Positions 24,376 through 37,164 of a stretch of 64,000 bases of DNA are shown here, piece after piece. The number at the start of each line of letters is the position of its first letter. Position 1 is the first letter of the stretch. This DNA is from Negaprion brevirostris. Lineage: Eukaryota. A model generated the notes under the pieces. It worked only from the letters and a program-made list of their open reading frames with translations, searched no databases and was not told where the DNA came from. The stretch is taken from positions 47,512,262 to 47,576,261 of the forward strand of contig JARDVH010000124.1 in assembly GCA_030324005.1 (NCBI GenBank), in the 5' to 3' direction. The position numbers and the translations under genes are program-made.

Positions 24376-24879
24376 ATGGAAAATACTTAAGACTAAATAT
24401 TTTATCTATATCAATATCCTAGCTTCTCCCATTATTTGTAAATTCCAATTAAAAAATATTTGTTTAATCGCTTTACCATGCCTTCATCCTGCATACTTAG
24501 ACACATATGTTCATCCCTCAGCAGTCACTCACTTTCAAATTTTTTTTGTAATTTTTAATAGGCTTATAAAAGCTCTCATTCTTTTATTTTATATCTGTTT
24601 ATCCTTTTTTCCCTTTCACTGTACTTGGTCTTACTTTAGGATTATATTTTGTAACTTAAGCCTTAATTTTGTTATAAACCTCCCTTCTGAAGTTTTAGAT
24701 TAAGTTTCAATCCCTTTATCAACACAATTTTTCACTTCGATGTAACTTTTTTTGCCTCATAGGAATATATTTATTTTGCATTCCACCTGTCAAACATTTG
24801 TAAATTTTGAACTATTGTTCCAGCAGCCTGTTAGCTGAATTCTCTGCCTACTTAATGCAGTCCCGCATATTTAACTTTG

Positions 24880-25200
24880 ACTCTTACAATCCCTACTGTG
24901 CAGAAGGAGGTCATTTGGCCCATCGAGTCTGCACTGACCACAATCCCATTCAGGCCCTATCCCTGCAATCCCATTTATCCTGCTAGTCTCCTTAACACTG
25001 AGGGGCAATTTAGTGAGACCAGTCAACCGAAACCACACATCTTTGGACTCTGGGAGAAAACCGGGGCATCTGGAGGAAACCCATACAGACATGGGCAGAA
25101 TGTGTAAACTCCACACAGACAATGACCTGAGGCCAGAATTGAACCCAGGTCCTTGGCACTGTGAGGCAGCAGTGCTAACCACAGTGCCACCATACTGCCC
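24880..25200 (-). mobile_element. HE1-type V-SINE
   Basis: Full head-to-tail reverse-complement match. Confidence 0.93.
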
Positions 25201-25257
25201 CTTTATTATCATTTTCTATTGTTGCATTGAAACTAACCCATATTGTGTGGTCAAAAA

Positions 25258-25795
25258 TAAAAGCAAAATACTGTGGACGCTGGAGATCTCAAATGAAAGC
25301 AGGAAGTGCTGGAAAAGCTCAGCAGGTCTGACAGTGTCTGTGGAGAGAAGCAGAGTTAATCAATGGGTTCCTCCAGCCTCGCGTAACCCGGAACCAGAAA
25401 ATCCTACCCGAGGTCAACGGACCCTTCCACGGTCCGCTCCTTGACCGCTCAAATTTCCGAGGTGGGCGGAATAGTAAAAGCTGTCCCAATGTTTTGGAGT
25501 CCAATATGACTCTTCTTCTGAAGAATATCCACACCGAACTTGAAACTGTGGCTGGAATTTTCCCGCTGTTCACGCATCAGTGCAGTAGCAGTGTAGCAGT
25601 TCATGCCGGTGCGATATTCCGGTCCCGCTGATGGTGCAGCCCCGTGATGGGTTCCCTGGCAGCGTGGAGAGCAATCAATGAGAAACAAGCTGCGGGGAGA
25701 CCAGGAAATCCATCCCCCCACCCCCACATTTACTCTGCTTCTTTCTTCACGGAGACTGCCAGACCTGTTGAGCTTCTCTTTCTGTTTTAATTCTA
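25258..25795. mobile_element. Penelope-derived palindromic mini-element with two nested MITEs (25365-25487, TSD AAT; 25549-25728)
   Basis: Arms 25312-25360 and 25730-25778 are inverted repeats; the centre 25491-25546 holds two opposed CUGANGA..GAAA relics. Confidence 0.7.
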
Positions 25796-26844
25796 TGTTG
25801 CAATTGTTGCCCGCGATTCTCCCAAAAGTTCTGACTGTTCTGTCAGTTCATCTTCTCACCTGCATCTCCGCACTCTGTGCACTGAAGAGGACTCGGTCAG
25901 GAATCTCATCAAAAAACCGGGGCGGGGGGAGGGGTTGGTGGGGTGGGGTCTATTCGTGCTGGAGTTTTCCGNNNNNNNNNNNNNNNNNNNNNNNNNNNNN
26001 NNNNNNNNNNNNNNNNNNNNNNNNNNNNNNNNNNNNNNNNNNNNNNNNNNNNNNNNNNNNNNNNNNNNNNNNNNNNNNNNNNNNNNNNNNNNNNNNNNNN
26101 NNNNNNNNNNNNNNNNNNNNNNNNNNNNNNNNNNNNNNNNNNNNNNNNNNNNNNNNNNNNNNNNNNNNNNNNNNNNNNNNNNNNNNNNNNNNNNNNNNNN
26201 NNNNNNNNNNNNNNNNNNNNNNNNNNNNNNNNNNNNNNNNNNNNNNNNNNNNNNNNNNNNNNNNNNNNNNNNNNNNNNNNNNNNNNNNNNNNNNNNNNNN
26301 NNNNNNNNNNNNNNNNNNNNNNNNNNNNNNNNNNNNNNNNNNNNNNNNNNNNNNNNNNNNNNNNNNNNNNNNNNNNNNNNNNNNNNNNNNNNNNNNNNNN
26401 NNNNNNNNNNNNNNNNNNNNNNNNNNNNNNNNNNNNNNNNNNNNNNNNNNNNNNNNNNNNNNNNNNNNNNNNNNNNNNNNNNNNNNNNNNNNNNNNNNNN
26501 NNNNNNNNNNNNNNNNNNNNNNNNNNNNNNNNNNNNNNNNNGCTAGTCTGAAGACTACCAAAATGAAGTACTCCTGGCAGGGTTAAAGATTCAATTGGGA
26601 CCTGAAAGGTCCTGTAATTCACTCATATACATATTTAAAATACATGCAGAAAAGATTTAAATTACTTACCTGCCTTCCCACCGGTTTCCAGCGTGCTCCG
26701 GCTGACGACTGTACGCCAGCTCCGGAGATGCACATGCGTTCCTGGCGCATGTGCAAATTCCAGGACAAGGCCAGAGACGCGTATCTCCCAACGCAATCCG
26801 ACAGAAAAGTTGTGGGTCGCGATGAGAGAATCGTGGACATAATG

Positions 26845-26980
26845 GGGGGTGCAGAATTCTATAGTTCCACGTTTCACAGGAACCATAATGGATGGGATGG
26901 GTGGACCATGCAAATGTCCATTGACCTCAGGGGGGGATTCTCCAGGTTTGGGGCGAGCACGGCCGGAGAACCCCACCCAA
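26845..26980. mobile_element. MITE of the 12601-12728 family
   Basis: GGAACCATA..GG..GGGTGG..CCATG.AAA.GTCCATTGACCTC..GGATT.TCCAGGTTTGGGG..GAGAACCCCACCC. Confidence 0.7.
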
Positions 26981-27533
26981 CATCTGGTTCCTTTTAGGGA
27001 ATAAATCATGCTGTCCTTACCCAGTCTGGCCTACTCATGACGGCAGACCCACTACAATAATTAACTACCATCTGAAAAGGTTGAGCCAACATTCATTTGG
27101 GGCGAATGAAGTGGGGCAAATAACTAGTACAAGAGAGGGAGAACAAAGAGGAAATAGTTGTTTTAGGTTTATTTTCTCGAAATTCATTTTCCAGAACTAA
27201 GTCAATCATACTCATTTTCTTATTGGGCTAGGAACATGCTGAATGAGGCAACAGATAGACATATTGAATTAATAGTTCCCCACATCAACTACACGCATTA
27301 TTTTTGTTCCAACTTATCTTGGATAGTTAAAATCATCCTGAAATAACTCCTCAGAGGCTGGTGGCTTTTCACCAGACTCTCCTTATTTACAAACTCTATT
27401 CCACTCCTACAGTGCTTCTGGTACACAGTCAGACTCCAGAGTGTCAGTGGACCTGACACTCCCATTTTAAATACAGCTGAGACTCCCAGATTGGGCAGGC
27501 AATTATGATCTCAATTAGGGAGCTCATACGCCA

Positions 27534-27790
27534 AGGGCAACATGGTGGCACAGTGGTTGGCAGTACTGCTTCACAGTGCCAGGGGCCCAGGTTCGATTCC
27601 TGGATGGGATCACTGCCTGTGTGGACGTCTGCATGGGTTTCCTCCTGCTGCTCCAGTTTCCTCCCACTTTGAACGAAGTGCTGATTAGGTGCATTGGCCA
27701 TGCTAAATTCTCCCTCAGTGTACCTGAACAGTTGAACTAGGAGATTTTCACAGTAATTTCATTGCAATGTTAATGTAAGCCTACAAACTT
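27534..27790 (+). mobile_element. V-SINE with alternative tail
   Basis: Head with B box GGTTCGATTCC; tail GATTTTCACAGTAATTTCATTGCAATGTTAATGTAAGCCTAC. Confidence 0.88.
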
Positions 27791-30437
27791 CAAACAAGAG
27801 AGCAACCTAATGTGTCTTGTTGAAGTCATTGCACATCGAATCCCTATTGTTTTCATGTTGCCTCTATCGTTTTGAAGATATCTCCTTCTATTTGAATCTT
27901 ACTATTTGCGGGCCTACAACATACAAATGTATTGGAATATTTACCTTCCCATTTCTTAACTCTATTAACATGGATTTTCTTCTAACCTTATATCCTGATA
28001 CTCATAGAATCCTTTAATAGCATTGCTACTCTACTCCATTTTTCTCATCTTACCGGTCCTGAAATGTTATAAGCAGGAATATTCAAGTTCCTAGTCCTTA
28101 TAAAGATAAGCAACATATCCATTGTAGCTAGTATGTCATAAATCTCCAATTTTGAATATTTTTCATGATTTCAAATGCATCCTGCCCAAAGCTTCACTAT
28201 TTCTCTTGAGAGGCGGAACCTTATTCTTTAGACTGGTTCTCTCATTTAATCCTTTGATATCCCTGTTCTATCCACAATGGTGAGTTTATCTCTCATATTC
28301 TCATCAGATCAGTTGCATCCATCTTTCAGCATGTGGGATGTGGTGCAATGAGAAATCTATGCTTCTGGATGGTGAGTTCCAAAGCACCCCAAAAATTAAT
28401 CTTCACCTTTTCAATGATAATGTAAAGTAGGCTGTCACGCTCAGTTCCTTGATAACATTACGATGTGGCTGGCATTGGTGTCGATGGGGTGGCGGTACTC
28501 AGTTTCATTTCCCCAATGGCAGCACAGGTTGGTTGCCTTGATAATGCAGGTACTAATAAACTGTTGCCTGTAATACAATGATGCCCTATATGGTGCCACT
28601 ACAAACACACATATATACATTTAAATACATAGTATATATATTTAAATTTTGAACAGCTTGATTGTATCAATTATTCCAGGAGGATGAAAAATATTTTGAA
28701 CCTTCATTTATTCCGAACATTATTACGAACACTTATATGAGCAATGCAGTTCATGAATTATGCATGTTTTGCAAATTACACTTGGTACTCGCATAAAGAT
28801 GTCAATTATTTTTGCATGACTTTGGACTTTAGGATGTGCTCATAACAATATGCAATATGCATTGGTGAAAGGTTTCTCTACATTTGTCTTCCCCCTGCCA
28901 TTAACACCCACAGATACAAGCCTTGCTGTTAATGAATTAAGCAGGCTCTGGAATTCGCCTGCCTCTCCTGCCAGGTATTGATTTTAACGCCGTTGAAAGG
29001 GTCTTCACCTTTTGTACGTACTCTGGTTTATCTTTAATTTTATGTGATATATTCTCAGCGAGTCTGTACAAATGTACCTGAACACGAGACTAGAAATTTA
29101 ACTAGGAGCTAAATAATGAATTACTGAAATCTGATAAAAGAATGATCCTGTTAACCAAATAAAAACAAACACACACATTGAATATGTGTTAACCTAAATT
29201 AGAAGGAACTCATGTTTTGGACATGGGTCAACCCTAAAAAAAAAGCAAAACGTGGAAGTGGAGGAACAAAGACTTCATTAGCCTTTCCGGAAACACAGTA
29301 GTTAATAAGGTATCATTTAGTCTTTATGCCGCTAGCAGTAATCTCTAAGCTGGATGTCAAGGTTTAATATTTTACAGAAAAAGTATAGTTTGCAATTTGA
29401 TGAAATGTCGTCAGTAGAATGTAGTAATACTTAATTGTTCCTGGAGGCATGGGTGTAAAAATAGACGACCCTGCTTGTGGCAGTAAAACGTTCAATTACT
29501 GATGAATTGCGTGGAGCTGAGTTGAAGACCAGTGGCACTGAACCAAAAGTTAAACATATGAAGCTTATTACAGTTGAAGTGCAGCATAATATACAGTTAA
29601 GGTGTAATGCAGTGAATGGTTTTCAGAAATGAAACTATATTTTCAGGTTGAATATGTTATTGAATCTTCTATAAATTTCTCAACGCTGTCAGGATGTGAC
29701 GGCGTTGATTTCCAAGTGTATTATGCACATCTCAGTCCATTTTCGCTCTGACATTAAGGCTTCCATTTATCTACCCTGACAAACCAAGATTAATACATGA
29801 AGTATTATTATCTCAAGGAATAAAATTTTTGGTTAAATTTAAGAGCAGGGGTGACTTAGATTTATTTCTCTAAATCTATGTTGCCCATAAACTGCACGCT
29901 GTACAATTATAGGGTGGGAGTTGAGGCAGTGTGCGTTCCATGAGCAAATCCCATGAATTTCATTGTGGCATGGGATATACATTAGGACCTGCGATACCAT
30001 GGACATAATCAGTAGCATACTGCTCAGCAGTTACCTAAACTGTGCAACTGATGAAAAGCATGAGTTCTTTTCCTTGCCTGGAATTGTCAAGCAATTCTTT
30101 TTTTAAAAAGAGCATGACACAGGATTTGATAGATGCAGTACAAGTGGAAAAGACCGACAGAATTTATAACAAAGCATTTAAAATAGAACCGTAATAAATA
30201 CTGCGCAATAGCACTTGCCAAGGATATGCTGTGAATTTAATTTTCTGTTCTGAGGAATGAAAGGTCATTGATCTGAAACATGGGCAGAGTGGTTGGGTGA
30301 TCAGGAAGCTCCAGCCGGATTTAATTCTCAACTCTGTCCCCATCTGGGAGGAAGCCCTGCCTCTAAGGCCAGTTATATAGGAGCGTCACCTGATGTGGTG
30401 GTGGAATTGTGACCTGTCCCCCTTGAGGATTGGAAAT

Positions 30438-30760
30438 TGGGCGGCATGGTAGCACAGTGGTTAGCAGCCCCAGAGTCCTGGGTTCGATTCCTGGCTCAGA
30501 TCACTGTCTGTGTGGAGTTTGCACGTTCTCCTTGTGTCTGCGTAGATTTCCTCTGGGTACTCTGGTTTCCTCCCACAGTCCAAAGATGTGCGGGTTAGGT
30601 TGATAGGTCATGCTAAGAAATTGCCCCTTAGCGTCTAGGGATGCGTGGGATTGAGGGATTAGTGAGTATAATATATGGGGGTAGGGCCTGGGTGGGATTG
30701 TGTTTGGTGCAGACTCGATGGGCCAAAGGGCCTCCTTCTGCACTGTAGGATTCTATGAGT
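30438..30760 (+). mobile_element. HE1-type V-SINE
   Basis: Head, GGGTTCGATTCC B box, tail CTGTAGGATTCTATGA. Confidence 0.92.
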
Positions 30761-30859
30761 TGGATTTCAATAAGTGGAGCTGTTTTGTTCAGATTAGTGA
30801 GGCAGAAGCCAGCAAGTATTCGGGAGCAGGTGGACTGGGAGTACCATGGCCCCCTGGGC

Positions 30860-31150
30860 TGTTGTAGTGATGCATCTTCACAAACAGTTCATCCAGGACC
30901 TCCCTAATGCATTTAAGTATGAAGGCTTTTGAGATACCACCAAAGTCACCTGTGGAGCTCTGAAAGGAGACGCTGGCATAGAAATTTGGAACAGCTGCAA
31001 TAGGCAGTAGGTAGACTCTGAGTCCATGTAGCGCCAACGCTGGAGAACCTGGCAAAGGTGAGTGACTTTGTCCCTGGGCATTCGGAGTCCCCTCCTGCAC
31101 TAGTTCACACCAGAAAGTAAGATGCTGTATGTAAACTTGGGGACAGTGAT
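30860..31150 (-). mobile_element. Harbinger (HARBI1-like) transposase N-terminal fragment
   Basis: AAVPNFYASVSFQSSTGDFGGISKAFILKCIREVLDELF matches the HARBI1-family HTH region (ALxFYAxGSFQ..GD..GISQ....CI..V...L). Confidence 0.8.
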
Positions 31151-32156
31151 GGCGCCCCCTAATGGCCGCTCTCTGTGGCCCAATCTCTGCCAGCTGAGCA
31201 AGCCCTACCACCCCTTCCTTCTCAGGGTNNNNNNNNNNACTGCCAATCCAACAAGTTCCATTTGTAACTGTATGGGGAGAAAGAGCGAACGTTGAGGAGT
31301 CCAGTCCAAACATGACCTATTGCCCATCTGACCCCAGGAGCATCCTTTCAATGGTCTGTGACTGCTGTGCTAACCACCACACTGAATTCCACTCCCATAC
31401 ATTCTCCCAAACTGGGCAGGACCCTACACCAGCCTCTCTCCTCTCAGCCTGACTAATGGGTGCCAGTCTTGAGACCTAAATTCTCATTAAAACTGCAGGC
31501 AGTAGGCCCATGTTTAACTCTGAGGTCCTGTGTGCAAACTTCTCAAGCACCATGGGGTGTCTGGGGTTGGGTGGGGNNNNNNNNNNNNNNNNNNNNNNNN
31601 NNNNATGGGGGATGAGGGGAGGCGGGGAAGGTGGCCAGTGAAGACTCCATTGCAAAAATGCCTGTTGGAACTGGGCAGCCTGGTGAACTCTGAAACCGTT
31701 GCCCCTCGTCTGGGATGCAGTGATTCTGCTTGCCTTCTCAGCAAGCGCTGAAGACAAGCTTTGGAATTAGGAATGGAGAGCTCATCGTGCAAAAGGTTAA
31801 CTGGTAAGTGGCGATAGTCCACTGCCATATATTAAAAGTAAGTGAATGGGCATCATTGGCTCCTCTGACAAAGCTAAGGAATGTCAATAGACTGCTGGGT
31901 TACTGATCTGACAGGCAGAGTTGAGCTCACCGCTGTCATGGCTCCAAACATGATCAGTCGCTAGCAGTCACCACCCCTGAGATTGTGGATCGACAAGAAA
32001 CATATTCCGGACACCCACCCACCCAGCCCAGCTGCCCGAGGCATCCCAACCCCAGTACCAGTGCCTTTCAATAAGGCAGATGCCAGTCAGCTCTGGCTGC
32101 CAGCCTCGGGAGGGTGAGCTTTGCAAGTGGCTCCGCTGCCCTCTCATCACTGTGTC

Positions 32157-32472
32157 CTTTTTCCCAGGGTGGAAGAGTCTATTACTAGGGGGCATGGGTT
32201 TAAGGTGCGAGGGGCAAGGTTTAAAGGAGATGTACAAGGCAGATCTTTTACACAGAGGGTGGTAGGTGCCGAGAACTTGCTGCCGGTGGGAGTAGTGGAA
32301 GTGGAAATGGTAGTGGCTTTTAAGAGACGTCTTGACAAATACGTGAATAGGATGGGAATAGAGGATATGGTCCCTAGAAGGTAGGTAGTTTTAGTTGAGT
32401 CCGGCAGTATAGTTGGCGCAGGCTTGGAAAGCCAAAGAGTCTGTTCCTTTGCTGTAATTTTCTTTGTTCGTT
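32157..32472 (+). mobile_element. CR1 3' end
   Basis: FPRVEESITRGHGFKVRGARFKGDVQGRSFTQRVVGA..LP..VVE...AFKRRLDKY, then the tail. Confidence 0.9.
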
Positions 32473-32834
32473 GTTCCTTCCCCCCCTCCCCTCCCCTGCT
32501 AAGGTGCCCCCTCTCTCATAGTCAGACAATTTCCCCTTTCCGCCTACANNNNNNNNNNNNNNNNNNNNNNNNNNNNNNNNNNNNNNNNNNNNNNNNNNNN
32601 NNNNNNNNNNNNNNNNNNTTGCCATTCCACCAATCTTGGTGTCATCAGCAAATTTCGACACCATACACTCGGTTCCCTCCTCCAGATCATCTATTCTCTC
32701 TGGTGCCCCGATGGGTGCAATCAATGATGTCATGCACCCTAGGGGAGCCAGTTCTTTCCATTTGACTACTGTTTGTAGGGATGGGAAAGAACTGATGGGC
32801 GCAGCGAAACATGACATCCGTAAAAACAAAACCT

Positions 32835-33095
32835 TCATGCCGTGATGTGCTGCAGGTTGAGTTATCTCACTCCAGTCTTGGAGGATGGCCTGAAATGATC
32901 CAGATGTTAAAAGGTTCAGTACCCGCTGTGACTTTGAATGTCACAGGCATCAGATGACCACCTATACCATTGGATGCTATCCCTGGAGCAAAGTTGTAAT
33001 AGGGATGTCACAGTGGCTCGCGAAAGGCGAACTCTCCGCAGGTACAGTGTCTGTCATTTACAGATATGTCGTACGCAATCTAATGACTTGATTGG
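32835..33095 (-). mobile_element. Harbinger transposase N-terminal fragment (second copy)
   Basis: With frameshifts: YL*MTD..LRRVRLSRATV...GGHLMPVTFKVTA.LNLLTSGSFQ...EITQPAAHHGMK. Confidence 0.75.
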
Positions 33096-34079
33096 CAGAA
33101 TAAGCCTACATCAGTGTGTCTGCTGCAACCTGCCCTCAGCAGCCCCTTGATCCTCTGCAGGCTGGTCTCCTTCCTTCACTTCGCATGGTTCCTGCGTCAC
33201 TTCAGCTGACCTCTTCCTTCTCCTTCTGGTCCCCTCTCCTCCTCACAGGGGGAGGTGTCTCCCAGAGAATATACTGTGCTCATATTGGACTCAGCAGCAC
33301 TGGTTCAGTAATGATATATTACAGTGCCAACAGGTTTGGGGAGCCTGCAGTGAGATCTATTTCGACAGATATTCAGAGATTCATCAAAGATTTGCCAATG
33401 AAACGCCTGCCAGCAGACTAATCTGCTGAAACCAGGCTTAAACACAATCCCAGTTTGTATGTGCTCAATGACAATGAAGAAAAATGATATACTCACCTGG
33501 TGTGGATCATATGCAGGCATCAGATTATGGCTTTGGGGGTGTATCATCAACTTCAGGCAGGCCGATTTAGGAGCCCACCCACCCACAACACTATTGCAAA
33601 CTGGTTTAATGACATTGTGACCNNNNNNNNNNCCACCCCCCGGCGCCCCCCCCCCCCCACCCATCTCATCACATCTAACACTATGCTTCTGCAGACCGCT
33701 TTCTGAGTATAAAATTCAACCCACAAAGGCAAACTTCAATGGAAGCACATAGCAACTTGTCACTTAACATTCCTTCTGCACTATTTACCTATTGTTGCTA
33801 CAGCTCCAGAGAGCTTTCTGAAACTTTCTGGTTGCTTTTATTAAGGCATATTATTGTAATCCAAGGCTTAAAGTATTATTATCACACTAAAATGTATTAC
33901 TTTAATAACTATCAAAATGAAATCAATTAGTATCAGGGCTATTGGCCCAACATTTAATACTATGATGTATATCAAAGTGTAGCAGATTCCTTTTTAATTT
34001 TTCCAAAACTATTTTAAAAAGCGCAAAAAAAAATTCCATGTGGCTGATGGCTTTTATAATCATTCTCAGACCATGGGTT

Positions 34080-35990
34080 CTTCAAGTTCTCATCTTCAAA
34101 AAGAGAGATGGAAGTAAACCAAGGCATTACAGATTAGTTAGCTTCATATCAGTGGTAAGACAGATATTAGATTCCTTTATCAAATGATGGGATTTAAACG
34201 AAATATAGAAATGGGGAGTGTATTTTTTTTTGAATCAGCATCATATTCCAAAAGGAAAGCCATGTTTAACCAACCTTATTGAATTCCTTGAAGAGATAAA
34301 AGAGAAGGTCGAAAAAGGCACTTGGACATCCTGGTATCTAGAATGATTGGTACCTCTGCTGATCGTTGATCCTCTGGTAACACAGTGACAAATATTGCTA
34401 TCAGTCTGGGTCCAGACTGCATTTATAATCAGAAATGCTTCCCTTTTCCACCTCCGGAAAGTAAAAAAGACAAGAGGGGTATTCAAATGGCCAAATGTTT
34501 CTGAGATAGGGAATAAAGAAGTGCCTGAAGTGTGTTGGCTAAAAAGTGCCTTACCTTTTTGATTTTCAGAAGGAGTTTGACAAGGTACCTCACAAGAGGT
34601 TATTGCAGAAGGTAAGGGGGCATGGAGTTGGGGATAGGGTGTTAGTTTGGATAGAGGATTGCTTGTCAAATAGGAAGCAGAGAGTGGGGGTTAATGGGTG
34701 CTATTCGGATTGGCGGTTGGTGACTAGTGGAGTGCCCCANNNNNNNNNNNNNNNNNNNNNNNNNNNNNNNNNNNNNNNNNNNNNNNNNNNNNNNNNNNNN
34801 NNNNNNNNNNNNNNNNNNNNNNNNNNNNNNNNNNNNNNNTTTGTATGTGCTGGGTACAGGATAGACTTTGATTTGATTTCATTTGACTTATTATTGTCAC
34901 ATGTACTGGTATACGGTAAAAAGCATGGTTTCTTGCACACTATACAGACAGAGCATACCGTTCATAGAGAAGGAAAGGAGTGGATGCATAATGTAGTGTT
35001 ACAGTCATAGCTAGGGTGCAGAGAAAGGTCAACTTAATATCAGGTGGCTCCATTCAAAAGTCTGATGGCAGCAGGGAAGAAGCTGTTCCTGTGTCGGTCG
35101 TAAGTGACCTCAGATTTTTGTATTTTTTTCCCAACGGAAGAAAGTGGAACAAAGCATGTCCAGGGTATAGGGGGGTCCTTGAATATGCTAGCTGCATTGC
35201 CGAGGCAGCAGGAAGTATAGACAGAATCAATGGATGGGAAGTTGGTTTGCGACACTTTGAGGTTTTTTGTGATCTTGGTCAGAGCAGGAGCCATACCAAG
35301 CTGTGATATGACCAGAAAGAATGCTTTCTATGGTGCACCTGTAAAAGAGAATCGTAGTGGAAATGCCAAATTTCCTTAGCCTCCTAGAAACTTCTTGAGT
35401 TCCACATCATCACCATTGGTGTAGACAGGGGCATGTCCTCCAACGTGCATCCTGAAGTCGATGACTATCTCCTTCATTTTATTGACATTGAGAGAGAGAT
35501 TATTGTTGTGGCCCCAGTAACAGGCAGTAGAAGTTAAAAGAAGTTTCTCAGACTGGGCCCATAAGGATTTGGGTTGGGGCTATTGTCAATCGCCATATTG
35601 ACTTGGACCCTGGAACTGGAAGTCTGTTGTCAAAGCATTCAGATTATACCAAGCTAGGAGCATAATGTGGAAGACTGTTTACTCATGGGAGACATAAAAA
35701 GAGTTTTCAATGTGGGCGAATAATTGACAAATTAAATTCAATATAACAAAATATGAGGTGGTTAATTTTGGCAGGAAGAATAAAGAAGCCACTTACTACT
35801 TGCAAAGTAAGAAAATAGATGAAGCAGAGATGCCAAGATATCTAGAAATACAGACAATTAAAATGCTACAAGTAGAAATACAAATTGTTAAGCAATAAAA
35901 ACTGCAAACAAAATAATGGATTCATTAGCAGAGGAACAGAATACAGACACAGGAAGGTACCGTTAAATCTTTATAGTACCTTGCTTACCA
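34080..35990 (+). mobile_element. Old CR1 RT with a nested younger CR1 (34545-34739) and a Rex element
   Basis: SQHH.PKGKPCLTNLIEFLEE; DFQKEFDKVPHKRLL..HGVG..LVWIEDCLSNRKQRV..SGVP. Confidence 0.85.
34866..35510 (-). mobile_element. Rex1/Babar LINE 3' portion
   Basis: ORF 35040-35294 ends RNSFFPAAIRLLN, the characteristic Rex/Babar C-terminus; GATTT-repeat tail. Confidence 0.9.
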
Positions 35991-37160
35991 ACAACAATGA
36001 ACCTACATTAATAAAATGTCATTAAACAACTTCCGCACTGCTTCAAATGAACATTGCAAAACAAGCAAGTCACTGAGCCAAATAAGGAGATGTTAGGGCA
36101 GAGGACCGAAAGCTTGGTTAAAGAGATAAATTTTAAGGGGCATCTAAAATCACAGAATCCCTACGGTGCAGATGGAGGCCATTTGACGCATCGAGCCTGC
36201 ACCAACAACAATCCCACCCAGACCCTATCCCTGTAACTCCACGTATTTACCCTGCTAATCCCCCTGACATTAGGGAGCAATTTACCATGGCCAATCAACC
36301 TAACCTGTACATTTTTGCACTGTGGGAGGAAAGCGGAGCACGCAGAGGAAATGCACGCAGCACAGAGAGAATGTGCAAACTCCACACAGTGACCCAAGGC
36401 CAGAATTGAACCCAGGTTTCGAGAGCTGTGAAGTAGTCGTACTAACCGCGGTTCCACCGTGCCAGTCCTGGGATATGAAATAATGAGGCAGAGTCGTTGA
36501 GGGAGGCAATTCCAGGTCTTAGGGCTGAAGCTAAAAGAACAATCGCTACTGGTGGAGTGATTAAAATTGGGTGTGCTTCAGATGCCAGATTTAGTGGCGT
36601 GCACATCGGAGAAGGTTACAGAGATGGAAAAGGGAAAGGGCTTGGAAGAATTTGAAAATAAGATTAAGAATTTTAAACTTGGTGTGTAGTTTAACGGGGA
36701 GCCAGCATAGGCCAGCAAGCGCAGGAGTAAAATAATGCTAGGTGCGAGTTAGGACACAAGCAGCAGAGTTTTGGATGGTCTTATATTTATGGAAGTTGGA
36801 ACATAGGAAGCCAACGAAGAGTGCGTTGGGATAGTCAAACCTCGAGGTAACAAAGGCATAGGTGAGAGTTTCAGCATCAGAAGGACAGAGGAAAGATTTT
36901 AGTTGAGCAAGGCTATGAAATGAGAATAAACACTCTTGATAAGTCTCAGACATGTTGTTGATCAAGTATGACACCAAGGTTGCAAACAATCTGATATTGC
37001 CTCAATCTGTTGCCAGGCAGAGACATGGGATTGTTGGCTAGGAATGGATTTGTGGCAAGGACTGAACACAATGGCTTTGGTCTTTCCAATAATTAGATAG
37101 AGGAAATTTCTGCCCAAATAGAACAGGAGAGGGCAGTCAGATAATCTGTCTGACATCTAA
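35990..37160 (-). mobile_element. L2 LINE 3' portion (HE1 nested at 36146-36465)
   Basis: SDAETLTYAFVTSRFDYPNALFVG...IQNSAACVLTRT; NFL.L.IGKTKAIVF. Confidence 0.9.
36146..36465 (-). mobile_element. HE1-type V-SINE
   Basis: Full reverse-complement match. Confidence 0.9.
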
Positions 37161-37164
37161 GAGA

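Noticed and set aside
25678-26622. Long ORFs (200-300 aa) in the track; also 54085-54595, 54951-55629 and 60432-60935
   Set aside because: They are open only because they run through N gaps.
28431-28550. AG...GT-bounded segment open in one frame (possible exon)
   Set aside because: Weak acceptor without a polypyrimidine tract, and the peptide is not recognisable; unsupported without RNA data.
30789-31313. Possible domesticated HARBI1 host gene
   Set aside because: Short, degenerate, lacks the catalytic core, and similar fragments occur nearby; it is a transposon fossil.
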